Notes under the pieces: generated by a model
What the model was told of the DNA's origin: nothing
Database searches by the model: none
What the model saw: only the letters and a program-made list of their open reading frames with translations
Origin: Armatimonadota bacterium
GTDB lineage: Bacteria; Armatimonadota; SYMT01
Reading direction: 5' to 3'
DNA length: 64,000 bases
NCBI GenBank assembly: GCA_046292385.1
Contig: JBKBRF010000002.1
Coordinates: 203,653-267,652 of the forward strand
Made by a program: the position numbers and the translations under genes
In this document: positions 31,065 to 41,353 of the stretch, one piece after another
How positions within the stretch are numbered: the stretch's first letter is position 1
How the letters are laid out: every line of letters starts with the position of its first letter

Positions 31065-31436
31065 ATGCTCTTCCACCGCACCTTTCTGCTGCTCGACGAC
31101 CACAGCGGCTCCCGCGAGGAGCTGCGGGGCATCATCCGCCACGCCGGCGCCACCATCCTCGGCACCGCCGGCACCACCGACGAGGCGCTGGAGCGGGTGG
31201 CACAGCTTCGGCCGGACGCGGTGGTGATCGACGTCAACCTGCCGGGCACCTACGACCCGATCGTGACGATCCAGCGCATGCGCCGCCTGGTGCCGGAGCT
31301 GACCGTCTTCTGCACCGGCAGCGCCAGCCAGTCCGCGGTGATGATGGAGGCGCTCTCCATGGGCGCGTCCGACTTCTTCCTCAAGCCGCTCCAGCAGCGC
31401 ACCGTCTCCGACTGTCTACAGCGCAACCTCGGCTGA
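31065..31436 (+). CDS. Single-domain response regulator (CheY-like receiver)
   Basis: LLDD, phosphoacceptor VIDVNLPG, Thr, FLKP. Confidence 0.85.
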   Translation: MLFHRTFLLLDDHSGSREELRGIIRHAGATILGTAGTTDEALERVAQLRPDAVVIDVNLPGTYDPIVTIQRMRRLVPELTVFCTGSASQSAVMMEALSMGASDFFLKPLQQRTVSDCLQRNLG

Positions 31437-32378
31437 AGGGCGGACCGGCTCCGGCACGCCGGAGCGGAGGGAGCGCTCGAGCGCGTCGGCGGTCGCCTGC
31501 GCGGCGCGGGCCGCGTGGAGGTCGGCCCCCGGCGGAGCTCCGGTGCGGATCGACTCCAGCCACGCCTCCAGCGCCGCCCGCAGGCCCGGCGAGGCTTCTG
31601 GGGGAAGGTCCACGCGCAGCTCCCGCGGCTCCGCGTCGTCCCGGGCGAGCGCGAGCGTGCCGGTGTGGAAGCAGGCATGGAGACTGCCCGCGGTGCCCTG
31701 AACCAGCAGGCTCGGCCCCTGCCCGGCATCCGTGCGCAGCTCCGCCGTCAGCTGCGGGTACTCCAGCACGATCGCCAGCGACCGCGGCGGGCGCTCCGAG
31801 GTCGGCGCGGCGAACGCCCGCCGCGGCGTCTCGCCGGTGAGCAGGTGAACGAGATCCAGCCACTCCAGCGGCAGCGCGGCGCGCGGGGAGAAGACGCCTT
31901 CCAGCGCTCGCAGCGAGCCGAGCTCGCCCGACTGGAGCGCGGCGAGGGCGGAGCGGGCGACGGCGCTGCACCGCAGCTCCAGGCCGGTCTGGTAGACCGT
32001 CCCGGCCGCTTCCCGGGCGGCGAGGAGACGCTCGATCCCCTCCAGGCTCTCCGCCGCCGGCTTCTCGCAGTAGACGTGCTTCCCCGCCGCCAGCGCCGCG
32101 AGGGAGAGCCGCTCGTGCGTGTCGCTCGGCGTGGCGATCACCACCGCGTCGAGCTCATCCAGCAGCAGGTCCTCCGCCTCCTCGTAGAAGCAGAGCGGGT
32201 CGCCCCACGCCTCCCGCGCCCGGTCCCGGTTCTCCAGGTTGTCCGACGATACGGCGACCACCCTGGCGCCGGGAAGCTGCCGGAGCAGCGGCAGGAAGGC
32301 GCCGCACGCGCGGCGGCCCGCGCCGAGGACGCCGATCCGGACCGGCTCCGCCGACCTGTCGCTCATCGCACCGCTCAC
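31416..32378 (-). CDS. Gfo/Idh/MocA family oxidoreductase
   Basis: IGVLGAG, DAVVIATP..H, GKHVYCEKP. Confidence 0.88.
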   Translation of the reverse strand: MSGAMSDRSAEPVRIGVLGAGRRACGAFLPLLRQLPGARVVAVSSDNLENRDRAREAWGDPLCFYEEAEDLLLDELDAVVIATPSDTHERLSLAALAAGKHVYCEKPAAESLEGIERLLAAREAAGTVYQTGLELRCSAVARSALAALQSGELGSLRALEGVFSPRAALPLEWLDLVHLLTGETPRRAFAAPTSERPPRSLAIVLEYPQLTAELRTDAGQGPSLLVQGTAGSLHACFHTGTLALARDDAEPRELRVDLPPEASPGLRAALEAWLESIRTGAPPGADLHAARAAQATADALERSLRSGVPEPVRPSAEVAL

Positions 32379-32833
32379 TCCAGCCGGTAGAGCGAGGGAG
32401 TCGCCTCGAGCTGGGCCTGCCGCGGGTCGGTCGGCACGTAGACGAAGACCCGCGTCTTCGACCTCTCCCCCAGGTAGTCGATCGTCGTGTCCTGCTCCAC
32501 TTCCTCGCCCTGCTCCCCGACGTAAGTGATGCCGATGCGGAGGTCTCGCACGGTACGCCGCCCCTGGTTCTCCACCTCGATCGGAACGACGTACTCACCC
32601 CCCAGCGGCCGGACCTCTCCCCAGAGCGGCCGGACCTGCACCGGGATGTGCTCGGTCTCCGCTCCGAGGCCCTGCCAGAGGAGATAGCCGGAGAGGCCCA
32701 GGATCAGCAGCACGCTGATGCCGAGCGAGATCCACTCCGCCACCAGCCGGCCGCCGGTGCGCCGCCCGTCGCCGCTGCGGGACTCGCCGCGCGAGCGGGG
32801 CGGGGGACACGGATAGGCTCCGACCTCGCTCAT
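32375..32833 (-). CDS. TIGR02588-like protein
   Basis: EWISLGIS..LI, VPIEVENQG, IDYL, DPR; ATGA-coupled to the TIGR02587-like gene. Confidence 0.8.
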   Translation of the reverse strand: MSEVGAYPCPPPRSRGESRSGDGRRTGGRLVAEWISLGISVLLILGLSGYLLWQGLGAETEHIPVQVRPLWGEVRPLGGEYVVPIEVENQGRRTVRDLRIGITYVGEQGEEVEQDTTIDYLGERSKTRVFVYVPTDPRQAQLEATPSLYRLE

Positions 32834-33741
32834 AGGACCAGTCTCCCCGCGGCGCCGCCGACCATCGCCGGCAGCCCGAGTGTGACCACCGAAGCCGCGG
32901 CGGTCGCCGGGTGGCTGAATACCCCCTGCGTTCCGAGCATCCAGAGCAGCCCGCCCGCCACGGAGAGCGAGATCGCGCCGACCATCGCCGTCTCCGCCCA
33001 CGGATGCTGGAAGAGGCTCTTCACGTAGACCTCGTGCTTCTCAAACCCGGAGGCGAAGAGGATCACGTAGACAAGCACCACCGAGAGCCCCAGCAAGGCG
33101 AGCTGATGCCACGGAGCGAGACGGGTCGCGATCAGGAAGACCTCTTCCGTCGGCGCGATGTTGAGCGCGAAGACGGTCGCCCCGGCCAGGGTGGCGCCCG
33201 CATCCTTCAGGTCCGCGTAGAGCTGCTTCCGCTCCGGATTTTCCGGCTCCCCCTGGGACGAGTCCGCCTCCGCGGAGTCCCCGGACGAGTCCCCGGTGCG
33301 GTCTTTTCCCAGCACCTGCGCGTTCGCGAACGAGACGCCGACGCTCACCGCGGCCGCCTCCAGCAGAATCTTGCCGATCCACTCCTTCGGCGACTGGCTC
33401 CACGACAGCTCGCCGACCGCCGCGAGGACGAGCGTGGCGAGCACGAGCCCCACGCCAACCGCCGTCAGCGACTCCGAGAGCGCCTCCCGGACGGAGAATT
33501 CCTGCCGGAAGCCGGAGAAGAGGCTGAAGACGAAGTTGACCGCGACGATCGCCCCGAGGACGGCGAGCAGGTGCCACGCCGAAAGCGTCATGCCGTGCCA
33601 CCACATCTCCATGGTGTACAGAAGCGGGATGCCGACGATCGTCCCACCCGCCACGGCGCGCAGGAGGCTCTGCCCCTCCTCCCGCCAGCCGTACCGGTCT
33701 TCGTGTTCTCGCCCCCGCCCTGCCGCCGCTGCCTGCACCAC
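32830..33741 (-). CDS. TIGR02587 / DUF2391 family membrane protein
   Basis: GG..GIPLLYTMEMWW.G, FALNIAPTEEV, LGLPAMVGGAAGRL. Start approximate. Confidence 0.9.
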   Translation of the reverse strand: MVQAAAAGRGREHEDRYGWREEGQSLLRAVAGGTIVGIPLLYTMEMWWHGMTLSAWHLLAVLGAIVAVNFVFSLFSGFRQEFSVREALSESLTAVGVGLVLATLVLAAVGELSWSQSPKEWIGKILLEAAAVSVGVSFANAQVLGKDRTGDSSGDSAEADSSQGEPENPERKQLYADLKDAGATLAGATVFALNIAPTEEVFLIATRLAPWHQLALLGLSVVLVYVILFASGFEKHEVYVKSLFQHPWAETAMVGAISLSVAGGLLWMLGTQGVFSHPATAAASVVTLGLPAMVGGAAGRLVL

Positions 33742-33947
33742 GCTCGCTCTCCGGCCGGACGCTCCCTCCGGCCGCCTCTTATTCCCGGCAAGCGACCCCA
33801 CCCAAACGGAGCCCGCCTGCTCTCGGGGCTGGCGCTCGGTCCGGAGCGCGCGTCCGAGCCGACGGGATTACCAGGCAGGGACCCGCGCAACCGTGGAGAA
33901 CCTGACTTCGGGCGACCGGTTGCAACTCCCGGCGCTCCACCGTCCCC

Positions 33948-35036
33948 ATGCGCCGCATCTTCCTCTTCGTCGCCGCCCTCGCACTCGTCATTGCCGGCCT
34001 CCGCTGGGGCTACCCGCGGGTGTACCAGTGGTTTGCCCTCGACCGGCCGCTCGCGCGCGCCATCGATCAACGGGACCTCGAGGCGATCGGGCGCCTGGTG
34101 GAGCACGGCGCCAGCACGCGCGTGCGTGGACGCGGGGGCTCGGGCTTCAGCCCCTTTCTCGACCCCGGTTACCGGACAGCCCTGATGGTCGCCGCTCAAC
34201 GGGGTGAGCTGGAGTTGGTGAAGCTCCTGCTCTCCCGCGGCGCCGAGGTCAACGCGCGCGACGGCAACGGCGGCACACCACTCATGTACGCCTGCGAGTG
34301 GAGCGCCGAACCGGAGGTCGTGGAGGCTCTCCTGGCCGCGGGAGCTGACGTGAACGCAAGGGACGATCAGCGGAAGACCACTCTGATGCGGATGACCACG
34401 CTGACGACCGATCCCCCGGATGCAGATCGGATTCGGGTGGCGGAGCTGCTGGTCGAAGCGGGGGCAGACGTCAACGCCATGTGCGGCGACGAGACGGCGC
34501 TGGCGATGGCGGAGCGGAACGGGTGCCGGGAGGTGGAGCAGGTCCTTCGGAAGGCGGGAGCGAGGGGGCTGTCCGAAGAGCTGGCCGGGGTCGAGGGCGC
34601 GGAGCTGCTGCGAGCCGTGGAGACCGCCAACCTGAAGGAAGTCGCCCGCCTCCTTCGCGCCGGACACCGGCTCGACGTGCGGAACCAAGACGGGCTGACG
34701 CCGCTCCTGATCGTGACGCAGGACGGCCGGCACGTGGCGCTGCTGCAGCTCATCCTCAAGTTTCCGCAGGCGCGCGGAGCCGAGGTCCTGAACGCCGCGG
34801 ACGAATACGGACAGACCGCCCTCCACCTGGCGGTAAGCCGCTACAACCCGCTCTATGTCGGACCGCTCGTGCGAGCCGGAGCGGACCCTCGACGCCGGAA
34901 CGACGACGGCGAGACGCCGCTCGGGATCGCGGAGGAGCAGGGAAGACGCGGCATGTCGAAGTGCCTCGACGCACTCCGAGCCGCGGAAGCCGCCAGGGCT
35001 CCGGACGCCGCGCCGCAGGGGACGATCAGCAAGTGA
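33948..35036 (+). CDS. Membrane-anchored ankyrin repeat protein (paralog 1)
   Basis: TALMVAA..G..ELVKLLL.RGAEVNARD.NG.TPL repeats. Confidence 0.9.
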   Translation: MRRIFLFVAALALVIAGLRWGYPRVYQWFALDRPLARAIDQRDLEAIGRLVEHGASTRVRGRGGSGFSPFLDPGYRTALMVAAQRGELELVKLLLSRGAEVNARDGNGGTPLMYACEWSAEPEVVEALLAAGADVNARDDQRKTTLMRMTTLTTDPPDADRIRVAELLVEAGADVNAMCGDETALAMAERNGCREVEQVLRKAGARGLSEELAGVEGAELLRAVETANLKEVARLLRAGHRLDVRNQDGLTPLLIVTQDGRHVALLQLILKFPQARGAEVLNAADEYGQTALHLAVSRYNPLYVGPLVRAGADPRRRNDDGETPLGIAEEQGRRGMSKCLDALRAAEAARAPDAAPQGTISK

Positions 35037-36205
35037 AGCGCATCGTCCTCTTCCTCGCCGCTCTCGCGCTGGTCCTCGGCGGCCTCGGCTGGGGCTACCC
35101 GCGCGTCCACCGCTGGCTGACGCTGCAGCGGCCGATGGCGGCGGCGATTGCCTCACTGGACCGGGCGGCGATTTCCCGCCTGGTGGAGAAGGGCGCCGAT
35201 CCGAACACCCGTGCGGATCCCGACGGATTCCTGTGGAAGGATGGCTCGCAAACGGCACTGATGACGGCGACAGTGGGGGACGATACCGCGCTGGCAAAGC
35301 TCTTGCTCTCCCGCGGGGCCGAGATCGAGGCCCGGGACAGCGGCGGCCGCAATGCACTCCGGCACGCCTGCGGTGGGCTGTTTTTCCGGCAAATCAAGGT
35401 CGCGCAGCTGCTGGTCCGCGCGGGCGCAGACGTGAATGTCCGCGATGAGAGCGGGGTGACGCCGCTGCTCGCTGCATGCGAGGCGCCTACCGGTAGTCCG
35501 GAAATCGTACAGCTGCTGATCCGGGCAGGCGCGGATCTGAATGCCGTGGATCGCAACGGCAGAACGCCATTAATGGTCTTGGCCCACTCCTGGTGGGTTG
35601 ACTCGCCCGATCCGGATCGCGCCCGGTGTGCCGAGCTGCTGATCCGCGCCGGCGCTGACGTCAATGCCACGCTGCCGGACGGCCGGACGGCCCTGGCGCT
35701 CGCGGAGGAGACAGGGTGCCGGGAGGTCGCGCGACTCCTGCGCAAAGAGGCAAGCGGCGGGCTGCGCGAGTGGCTGGAGGGTCGCCCGGGCGCGGAGCTG
35801 CTCCACGCCGTGCTGACCCGGAACTTTCCGGAAGTGGGGAAGCTGCTGAGGGCCGGGCAACCGGTGGATGTGCGGACCCCGGACGGGAGGACGCCGCTGA
35901 TGATTGCGGCAACCGATACGCAGGACTGGCGGATGGTGCGGGTGATCCTGAAGTTTCCCCAGGCCCGCCGGCCGGAGGTGCTGGAAGCTCCCGATTTCGA
36001 GGGAAGGACGCTGCTGCAGTGGATCTGCATCGATTCGTCCTGGCATCCCCAGCGCATTCGGCTGCTGATCCACGCGGGAGCCGATCCCTACCAGGATTCG
36101 GGTTGGAGATCTCCGATCGAGCTCGCCCAGAATAAGGCCAGGATCGGACACCCGGGGATGCTGCGGGCGATCGAACAAGCGCTGGCGAGTCGGCCCGACC
36201 GCTAG
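35033..36205 (+). CDS. Membrane-anchored ankyrin repeat protein (paralog 2)
   Basis: GTGA overlap, same N-terminal anchor (WGYPRV), GADVN repeats. Confidence 0.88.
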   Translation: MKRIVLFLAALALVLGGLGWGYPRVHRWLTLQRPMAAAIASLDRAAISRLVEKGADPNTRADPDGFLWKDGSQTALMTATVGDDTALAKLLLSRGAEIEARDSGGRNALRHACGGLFFRQIKVAQLLVRAGADVNVRDESGVTPLLAACEAPTGSPEIVQLLIRAGADLNAVDRNGRTPLMVLAHSWWVDSPDPDRARCAELLIRAGADVNATLPDGRTALALAEETGCREVARLLRKEASGGLREWLEGRPGAELLHAVLTRNFPEVGKLLRAGQPVDVRTPDGRTPLMIAATDTQDWRMVRVILKFPQARRPEVLEAPDFEGRTLLQWICIDSSWHPQRIRLLIHAGADPYQDSGWRSPIELAQNKARIGHPGMLRAIEQALASRPDR

Positions 36206-36225
36206 CTTCACCACGGAGAGGGAGC

Positions 36226-36603
36226 ATGGAGACGACACTGCGGTTCGAGGGGGTCTACCCGATCGGGAACACGAAGCCGGACGACCTGCCGGCGAAGCAC
36301 CTCGGCCCCGCCATCGGGTACTACACGCGGGTGCTGGGGTTCACGCTCGTCTCCCGGGACGAGCGCCGCGCCACGCTGCGCCGCGACGAGGCCGAGATCG
36401 GCCTGGCGGAGAACGGCGACGACCCGGAGCAGGCGAGCTGCTACTTCGCCGTGAGCGACGTCGAGGCGCTCCGTGCGGAGTTGGAGGCGGCCGGCATCGA
36501 CCCCACGCCCCTCCGCTTCGACCACTACAACGGCAAGCACTACCAGGTCTGCTTCGCCCGCGACCCGTACGGCGTCTGCTTCTGCTTCGGCCGGGAGGTG
36601 TAG
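36226..36603 (+). CDS. VOC family (glyoxalase/bleomycin resistance) protein
   Basis: YYTRVLGF, YFAVSDVEAL, DPYG. Confidence 0.85.
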   Translation: METTLRFEGVYPIGNTKPDDLPAKHLGPAIGYYTRVLGFTLVSRDERRATLRRDEAEIGLAENGDDPEQASCYFAVSDVEALRAELEAAGIDPTPLRFDHYNGKHYQVCFARDPYGVCFCFGREV

Positions 36604-36613
36604 CGCTCGTGCA

Positions 36614-37022
36614 ATAGCCGCCGGGCGGTTGAAACCGCGGCAACCACGGCACGAAGTGCCCCTCCGGGCACTCAGATGGCCCTGGCTCCGGCGTCCGGAG
36701 GACGCTTGGCCGTTTAACCAGGTTCGGTATTCATCCGCTCACTCCCGCAGAGTCACTGAGGCCGGTATGGGGCCGACGCGGCCGGAAACGGTTTCGCCCG
36801 CTCCTCATCCGGCCTCTCTCTTGCGAGGGGGGAGCTATGGGTGCCAAGCGAGCTGCCTCCCCCTTCCACTTCAGGGAATAGGGTTGGGGGATAGGCCGCG
36901 CCGGCGTATCAATCTCTCGCCGCCCAAGAGGTTGCGGGAAGTCACTGACCCGATTTGCAGTGGAGTGCTGAGCCCGCGCAGGCGGGCTTCGCTCCGTGTA
37001 GCCTCGACTTTAGTCCGAGGCG
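36614..37022. repeat. Cluster of REP-like palindromes (gcggttgaaaccgc..agtgccctccgggcact; agcccgcgcaggcgggcttcg..gtagcc)
   Basis: Stacked palindromes between convergent genes. Confidence 0.7.
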
Positions 37023-37129
37023 AAAGCGGCCAATCACTCCAGCGCACCCCCTAGCGGCAGCAAACGCGCCCGGTCCTCGTCAGCCGTCTATCGAGCATTT
37101 CGCGCTGGTGGACTTCGTCACCTGTTTGG

Positions 37130-38284
37130 CTACGCCGCCCTGCGGCGGCGGGCAGGCCGCCCCGCGGTCCTGGCGATCTCCTTCAGGAAGCCGAGCACGC
37201 GCGCCTCGTCGTCCTTCAGCGCCTCCACCTCGTCGACGATCTCCGGGGCGGGGCACTCCGTCAGCAGGGCGCGCTTGGCCTCGTCCAGGTAGGTCTCCAG
37301 GACGGCCGGGTGGACGTAGCACTTGCGGCAGACCGCCGGCGTGTTGTTCAAGCGACTCGCCACGTTCTTGATGGCGGTCGCCACCCGCTTCTTCGCGGCG
37401 GTCTTCGTCTCGCACGGTTCCGCGCCGCAGAGCTCCCGGAACGCCAGCAACGTGCCGGCCCAGGTACGGAAGTCTTTGGCAGTGAAGTCCTGACCGCTGA
37501 TCTCCCGGAGGTACTCGTTCACGTCCGAGGAGGCGACGTCGCGGATCTGCCCGTCGTCATCGTGGTACTGGAACAGCTCCTGCCCCGGCAGCTCCTGCAG
37601 CTTGCGGACCACCTGCGATACCCGGCGGTCGCGAAGATCGGCGTCGCACTCTTTGCCGCTCTTGCCGCGGAAGTGGAAGCGGACCGTGGAGCCCTGCACG
37701 TCGACGTGCTCCTCCCGCAGCGTGGTGAGGCCGAACGACTCGTTCTTTCGCGCGTACTCGTCATTTCCCACGCGGATCAGCGTCTCTTCCAGCAGGCGGA
37801 CCACCGTCGCCAGCACCTTCTCCCGCGGGAGGCCGCGGCGGGAGAGGTCCTCGTCCACCCGGCGGCGGATCCGCGGCAGCGCCTCGCCGAACTGGATCAT
37901 GCGGTCATACTTGGTGGCGTCCCGCACCTCGTGCCAGCGCGGATGGTAGCGGTACTGCTTGCGGCCCTTCTCGTCGCGGCCGGTCGCCTGGATGTGGCCA
38001 TGGGGGATGGGGCAGATCCAGACGTCGCGCCACGCGGGCGGGATCACCAGGCTCCGGATGCGGCGGAGCGTCCGCTCGTCGCGGACCGTCGCACCGTCCG
38101 GGCCGAGATAGCTCCAGCCGCGCCCGCACCGGCGCCGCCGGATGCCGGGCCGCTCGTCCGAGACGTAGCGCAGACCGGCCGCGCGGGCGGTCTCCCGTCC
38201 GGCCGGGTGAAGCAGGTCGCCGCTCCCACCCGGCACCACCCGCAGCGCGGGACGTGTGTCCCCCGGTGCCGCTGTCGCCGCCAT
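37130..38284 (-). CDS. Bacterial DNA topoisomerase IB
   Basis: IPPAW, GRD.KGRKQYRYH, IRVGN..Y, GKSGK, FTAKDFRTW, NTPAVCRKCYVHP (catalytic Tyr). Confidence 0.95.
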   Translation of the reverse strand: MAATAAPGDTRPALRVVPGGSGDLLHPAGRETARAAGLRYVSDERPGIRRRRCGRGWSYLGPDGATVRDERTLRRIRSLVIPPAWRDVWICPIPHGHIQATGRDEKGRKQYRYHPRWHEVRDATKYDRMIQFGEALPRIRRRVDEDLSRRGLPREKVLATVVRLLEETLIRVGNDEYARKNESFGLTTLREEHVDVQGSTVRFHFRGKSGKECDADLRDRRVSQVVRKLQELPGQELFQYHDDDGQIRDVASSDVNEYLREISGQDFTAKDFRTWAGTLLAFRELCGAEPCETKTAAKKRVATAIKNVASRLNNTPAVCRKCYVHPAVLETYLDEAKRALLTECPAPEIVDEVEALKDDEARVLGFLKEIARTAGRPARRRRAA

Positions 38285-38423
38285 GTTGTCCCTCAACTCC
38301 CTGTCTGCGCTGGAACTGTATCTTTTCTTGTTTCTCTTCCCGTCTGTCCGGTTATTGGCGGGCGGGGCAGGTCCCCAAACCGGACGCCGCTGCCGACTAA
38401 GGACTCAGAAGCTCTTCCCAACC

Positions 38424-39521
38424 ATGCCTTCCCGCTCCTCACTATTACTGGTCCTCCTCGCGCTGCTGATCCCGCTCCCAGGGGAGCTCCGGGCGGAGCC
38501 GGGCGCGCCGGAGCCTCCCCCGGTGACCGCGCCCGAGCCCGAGACGAAGCCGGAAACGAAGCCCGAGAGCAAGCCCGAAGGGGACGAGCCCGCCTCTTCT
38601 CTGCTGCGCGCGGGCTGGAGTAAGCTGCTGCTGGAGGAGGCGCTCCGGAGCGTGGAGTCCTCCGGGAAGCCATTCGACTTCCTCTGCGACAGCTTCGACG
38701 CGGACGATCTGCGGCCGGAGCGGATCGCCTTCGCGGCGCCGCCGCGGGAAGTCTCCCGCGCGCTGGCGGAGGACTACGACCGCACCCGCCTCTACTCGAA
38801 CGGCGTCTACCTCTTCCGCCACTCCCGGTGGTCCGACGCGCGCTTCCGGCTCCTCGGCTCCGGCGAGGCCTCGCCGCGCCCGCAGAGCCTGGAAGTGCAG
38901 GCGGTGCCGGCCGTCGGCGACGGGAAGCCGCTGCTCCGCATCTCCGCCCTGCGCGTCCCGCTGGAGGAGCTGCTCCGCAAGCTGGGCGAGGTCACCGGCA
39001 CGCAGTACGAGGTGAGCGGCAGCCTCCGCGAGCGCAAGGTCTCCGGCTCGCTCACGCTGGTCACCCCGGAGATCGTGCGCGAGCTGCTGGGGGTGCTCTT
39101 TCCGGATGCCGCGTGGAGCTCCCGCCCGAACGGCGCCTGGAGCCTCCGCGAGCGGCCGAGCGCCGAGCTGATCTACGTGCTCGCCCAGGCGGCGGAGCAG
39201 CGGGAAGGGGCGACCGCGCGGGCGCGGGACGCGATCCACGTGCAGGTCGCCGCGGCGCTCACCCCGGAAGAGCTCCTGCTCCTGCAGCGGACGAGGCGGC
39301 TGCGCCGCAGCTGGGGGCAGCTCGACCCGGTGACGCGCGAGCTGCTGCTCCTCTGCGGCGAGGTCTTCCTGCACACCGTTCGGGAGAGCGGCGGCGATCC
39401 GGACAGGTTCCTGGACCTGACCCGGCAGTCGGACCTCGGCGTCGAACTGGTGAAGCGCGGTCCCGGGATCCAGCTCCGCCTCCTCGGCCGCGGCGGCGAC
39501 GGCGAGCCAGTCGCCTGGTAA
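38424..39521 (+). CDS. Secreted hypothetical protein with STN-like segment (related to 15728-17551)
   Basis: Signal peptide, (E/K)PET repeats, motifs shared with the 15728 protein. Confidence 0.7.
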   Translation: MPSRSSLLLVLLALLIPLPGELRAEPGAPEPPPVTAPEPETKPETKPESKPEGDEPASSLLRAGWSKLLLEEALRSVESSGKPFDFLCDSFDADDLRPERIAFAAPPREVSRALAEDYDRTRLYSNGVYLFRHSRWSDARFRLLGSGEASPRPQSLEVQAVPAVGDGKPLLRISALRVPLEELLRKLGEVTGTQYEVSGSLRERKVSGSLTLVTPEIVRELLGVLFPDAAWSSRPNGAWSLRERPSAELIYVLAQAAEQREGATARARDAIHVQVAAALTPEELLLLQRTRRLRRSWGQLDPVTRELLLLCGEVFLHTVRESGGDPDRFLDLTRQSDLGVELVKRGPGIQLRLLGRGGDGEPVAW

Positions 39522-39673
39522 GGCAAAAGTCAAAAGGCTAAAGTGGGAACCCCGCTTTCCGGAGGCGAGGGTTCGGACCTTTTGCCTTTAGCCTTCTGCC
39601 TTTAGCCTTTAAGAGCCTTTTGACTTTAGCCTTCAGGACCCCCTTTTGCCTTTAGCCTTTATCCTTTTGCCTT
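39519..39673. repeat. Inverted AAAGGCT/A heptamer arrays around a GAACCC...GGGTTC core
   Basis: Directly visible; same unit as 6281-6320. Confidence 0.9.
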
Positions 39674-39678
39674 CGCGA

Positions 39679-39709
39679 TGATACAATGCTGACTGTATTC
39701 GTCAGCTTA
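39679..39709 (+). promoter_or_regulatory. Extended -10 (TGnTACAAT) overlapped by palindromic operator GCTGAC-N7-GTCAGC
   Basis: tgatacaatgctgactgtattcgtcagctta about 30 nt upstream of the Rrf2 ATG. Confidence 0.65.
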
Positions 39710-39737
39710 GTCAGGTTTCGGGGATGGGAGTGCGACT

Positions 39738-40178
39738 ATGGCGCTGTTCACCTCCAAAGTGGATTACGCCTTGCGCGCGCTTCTCGATCTGGCGGCGCAG
39801 CCGCCGGGACGTCCCGCGCAGAGCCGGGAGATCGCCGGGCGGCAGAACATTCCGGAGTCGTACCTCAACCAGCTCCTCGTCATCCTGCGGCGGGCGGGAC
39901 TGGTGCGCAGCGTGCGCGGGGCGGCGGGAGGCTACGTGCTGGGGCGGGAGCCCCGGCAGCTCACGGTGGCCGACGTGCTCTCGGCGCTGCACGGGGGTAA
40001 CTTCCTGGGCGAGGCGCCGGCGGAGGAGACGACCGCTCCGGCCGAGTGGGTGATCCGGAACCTGTACGGACGGCTGAACGATTCGATGCGCCGGGAGCTG
40101 GAGAGCATCTCTCTGGCGGACCTCACGGCGGAGATGCAGCGCTTGAACGAAGCGCAGAGCCTGATGCTGGGGCTGTAG
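39738..40178 (+). CDS. Rrf2 family transcriptional regulator (CymR-like, no Cys ligands)
   Basis: [18 protein letters not shown]...L...GLV.SVRG..GGY.L; upstream of cysK. Confidence 0.92.
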   Translation: MALFTSKVDYALRALLDLAAQPPGRPAQSREIAGRQNIPESYLNQLLVILRRAGLVRSVRGAAGGYVLGREPRQLTVADVLSALHGGNFLGEAPAEETTAPAEWVIRNLYGRLNDSMRRELESISLADLTAEMQRLNEAQSLMLGL

Positions 40179-40198
40179 GCAGCCCGGAGAGATCTCCC

Positions 40199-41131
40199 AT
40201 GCGTATTGCCGGGTCGATTACGGAGCTGATTGGCGGGACCCCGCTGGTCCGTCTGAACCGCGTGACCGAGGGCGCGGGCGCCGAAGTCGCGGCGAAGCTG
40301 GAGTTCTTCAACCCGCTCGGCAGCGTCAAAGACCGCATCGCCCTCGCGATGGTCGAAGCGGCGGAGAAGGCCGGCAAGATCGGGCCGGACACGATCATCC
40401 TGGAGCCGACCAGCGGCAACACCGGCATCGGCCTGGCGTTCGTCTGCGCGGCGAAGGGCTACCGGTGCGTGCTGACGATGCCGGAGACGATGTCGATGGA
40501 GCGCCGCGTGCTGCTGCGGGCGCTCGGCGCGGAGCTGATCCTCACCCCCGCCGCCGAGGGTATGCTCGGCGCCATGAGCAAGGCGGAAGAGCTGGCGGCG
40601 CAGGACCCGCGCTACTTCATCCCCCAGCAGTTCGAGAACCCGGCCAACCCGGAGATCCACCGCCGCACCACCGCGGAGGAGATCTGGAACGACACGGACG
40701 GCCGCGTCGATATCCTGGTGGCCGGCGTCGGCACCGGCGGCACCATTACCGGCGTGGCGGAAGTGATCAAGCAGCGCAAGCCGGAGTTCCGGGTGATCGC
40801 GGTGGAGCCGGCCGCCTCCGCGGTCCTCTCCGGCAAGCCCCGCGGGCCGCACCCGATCCAGGGGATCGGCGCCGGCTTTGTCCCGGACGTGCTGCGCACC
40901 GACCTGATTGACGAGATCGTCCAGGTAGAGAACCAGGACGCGATCACCATGACCCGGCGCCTCGCCCGGGAAGAGGGGATCCTGGCCGGCATCTCCTCCG
41001 GCGCCGCCGCCTGGGCCGCGGTCCAGGTCGCCAGCCGCCCGGAGAACGCCGGCAAGCTGATCGTCACCGTCTTCCCCAGCACCGGCGAGCGCTATCTCTC
41101 CACCCCCACCTATGCCGAGCTGGCACAGTAG
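40199..41131 (+). CDS. cysK: Cysteine synthase A
   Basis: SVKDRIA (PLP Lys), [39 protein letters not shown]. Confidence 0.97.
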   Translation: MRIAGSITELIGGTPLVRLNRVTEGAGAEVAAKLEFFNPLGSVKDRIALAMVEAAEKAGKIGPDTIILEPTSGNTGIGLAFVCAAKGYRCVLTMPETMSMERRVLLRALGAELILTPAAEGMLGAMSKAEELAAQDPRYFIPQQFENPANPEIHRRTTAEEIWNDTDGRVDILVAGVGTGGTITGVAEVIKQRKPEFRVIAVEPAASAVLSGKPRGPHPIQGIGAGFVPDVLRTDLIDEIVQVENQDAITMTRRLAREEGILAGISSGAAAWAAVQVASRPENAGKLIVTVFPSTGERYLSTPTYAELAQ

Positions 41132-41353
41132 CCCTTCGGAGACGGAGTGAACCGACACTGCACCGATAGCTCCCGTCTCCTCGCGGGAGAGGGACCGGGG
41201 GTGAGGCCCCGTGAGAAGCAAGCGCTTCCGGGTCTTGCGGGGCGACCGGATGAGGGATGAGGCCGAGCCTCCCGGACACTCCCACGCTTACTCTTTGTCG
41301 ATCGGCTGCGGCACCTGGCCGCGGCCCAGGTTAGGAAGGAATACGTAGTTCTG

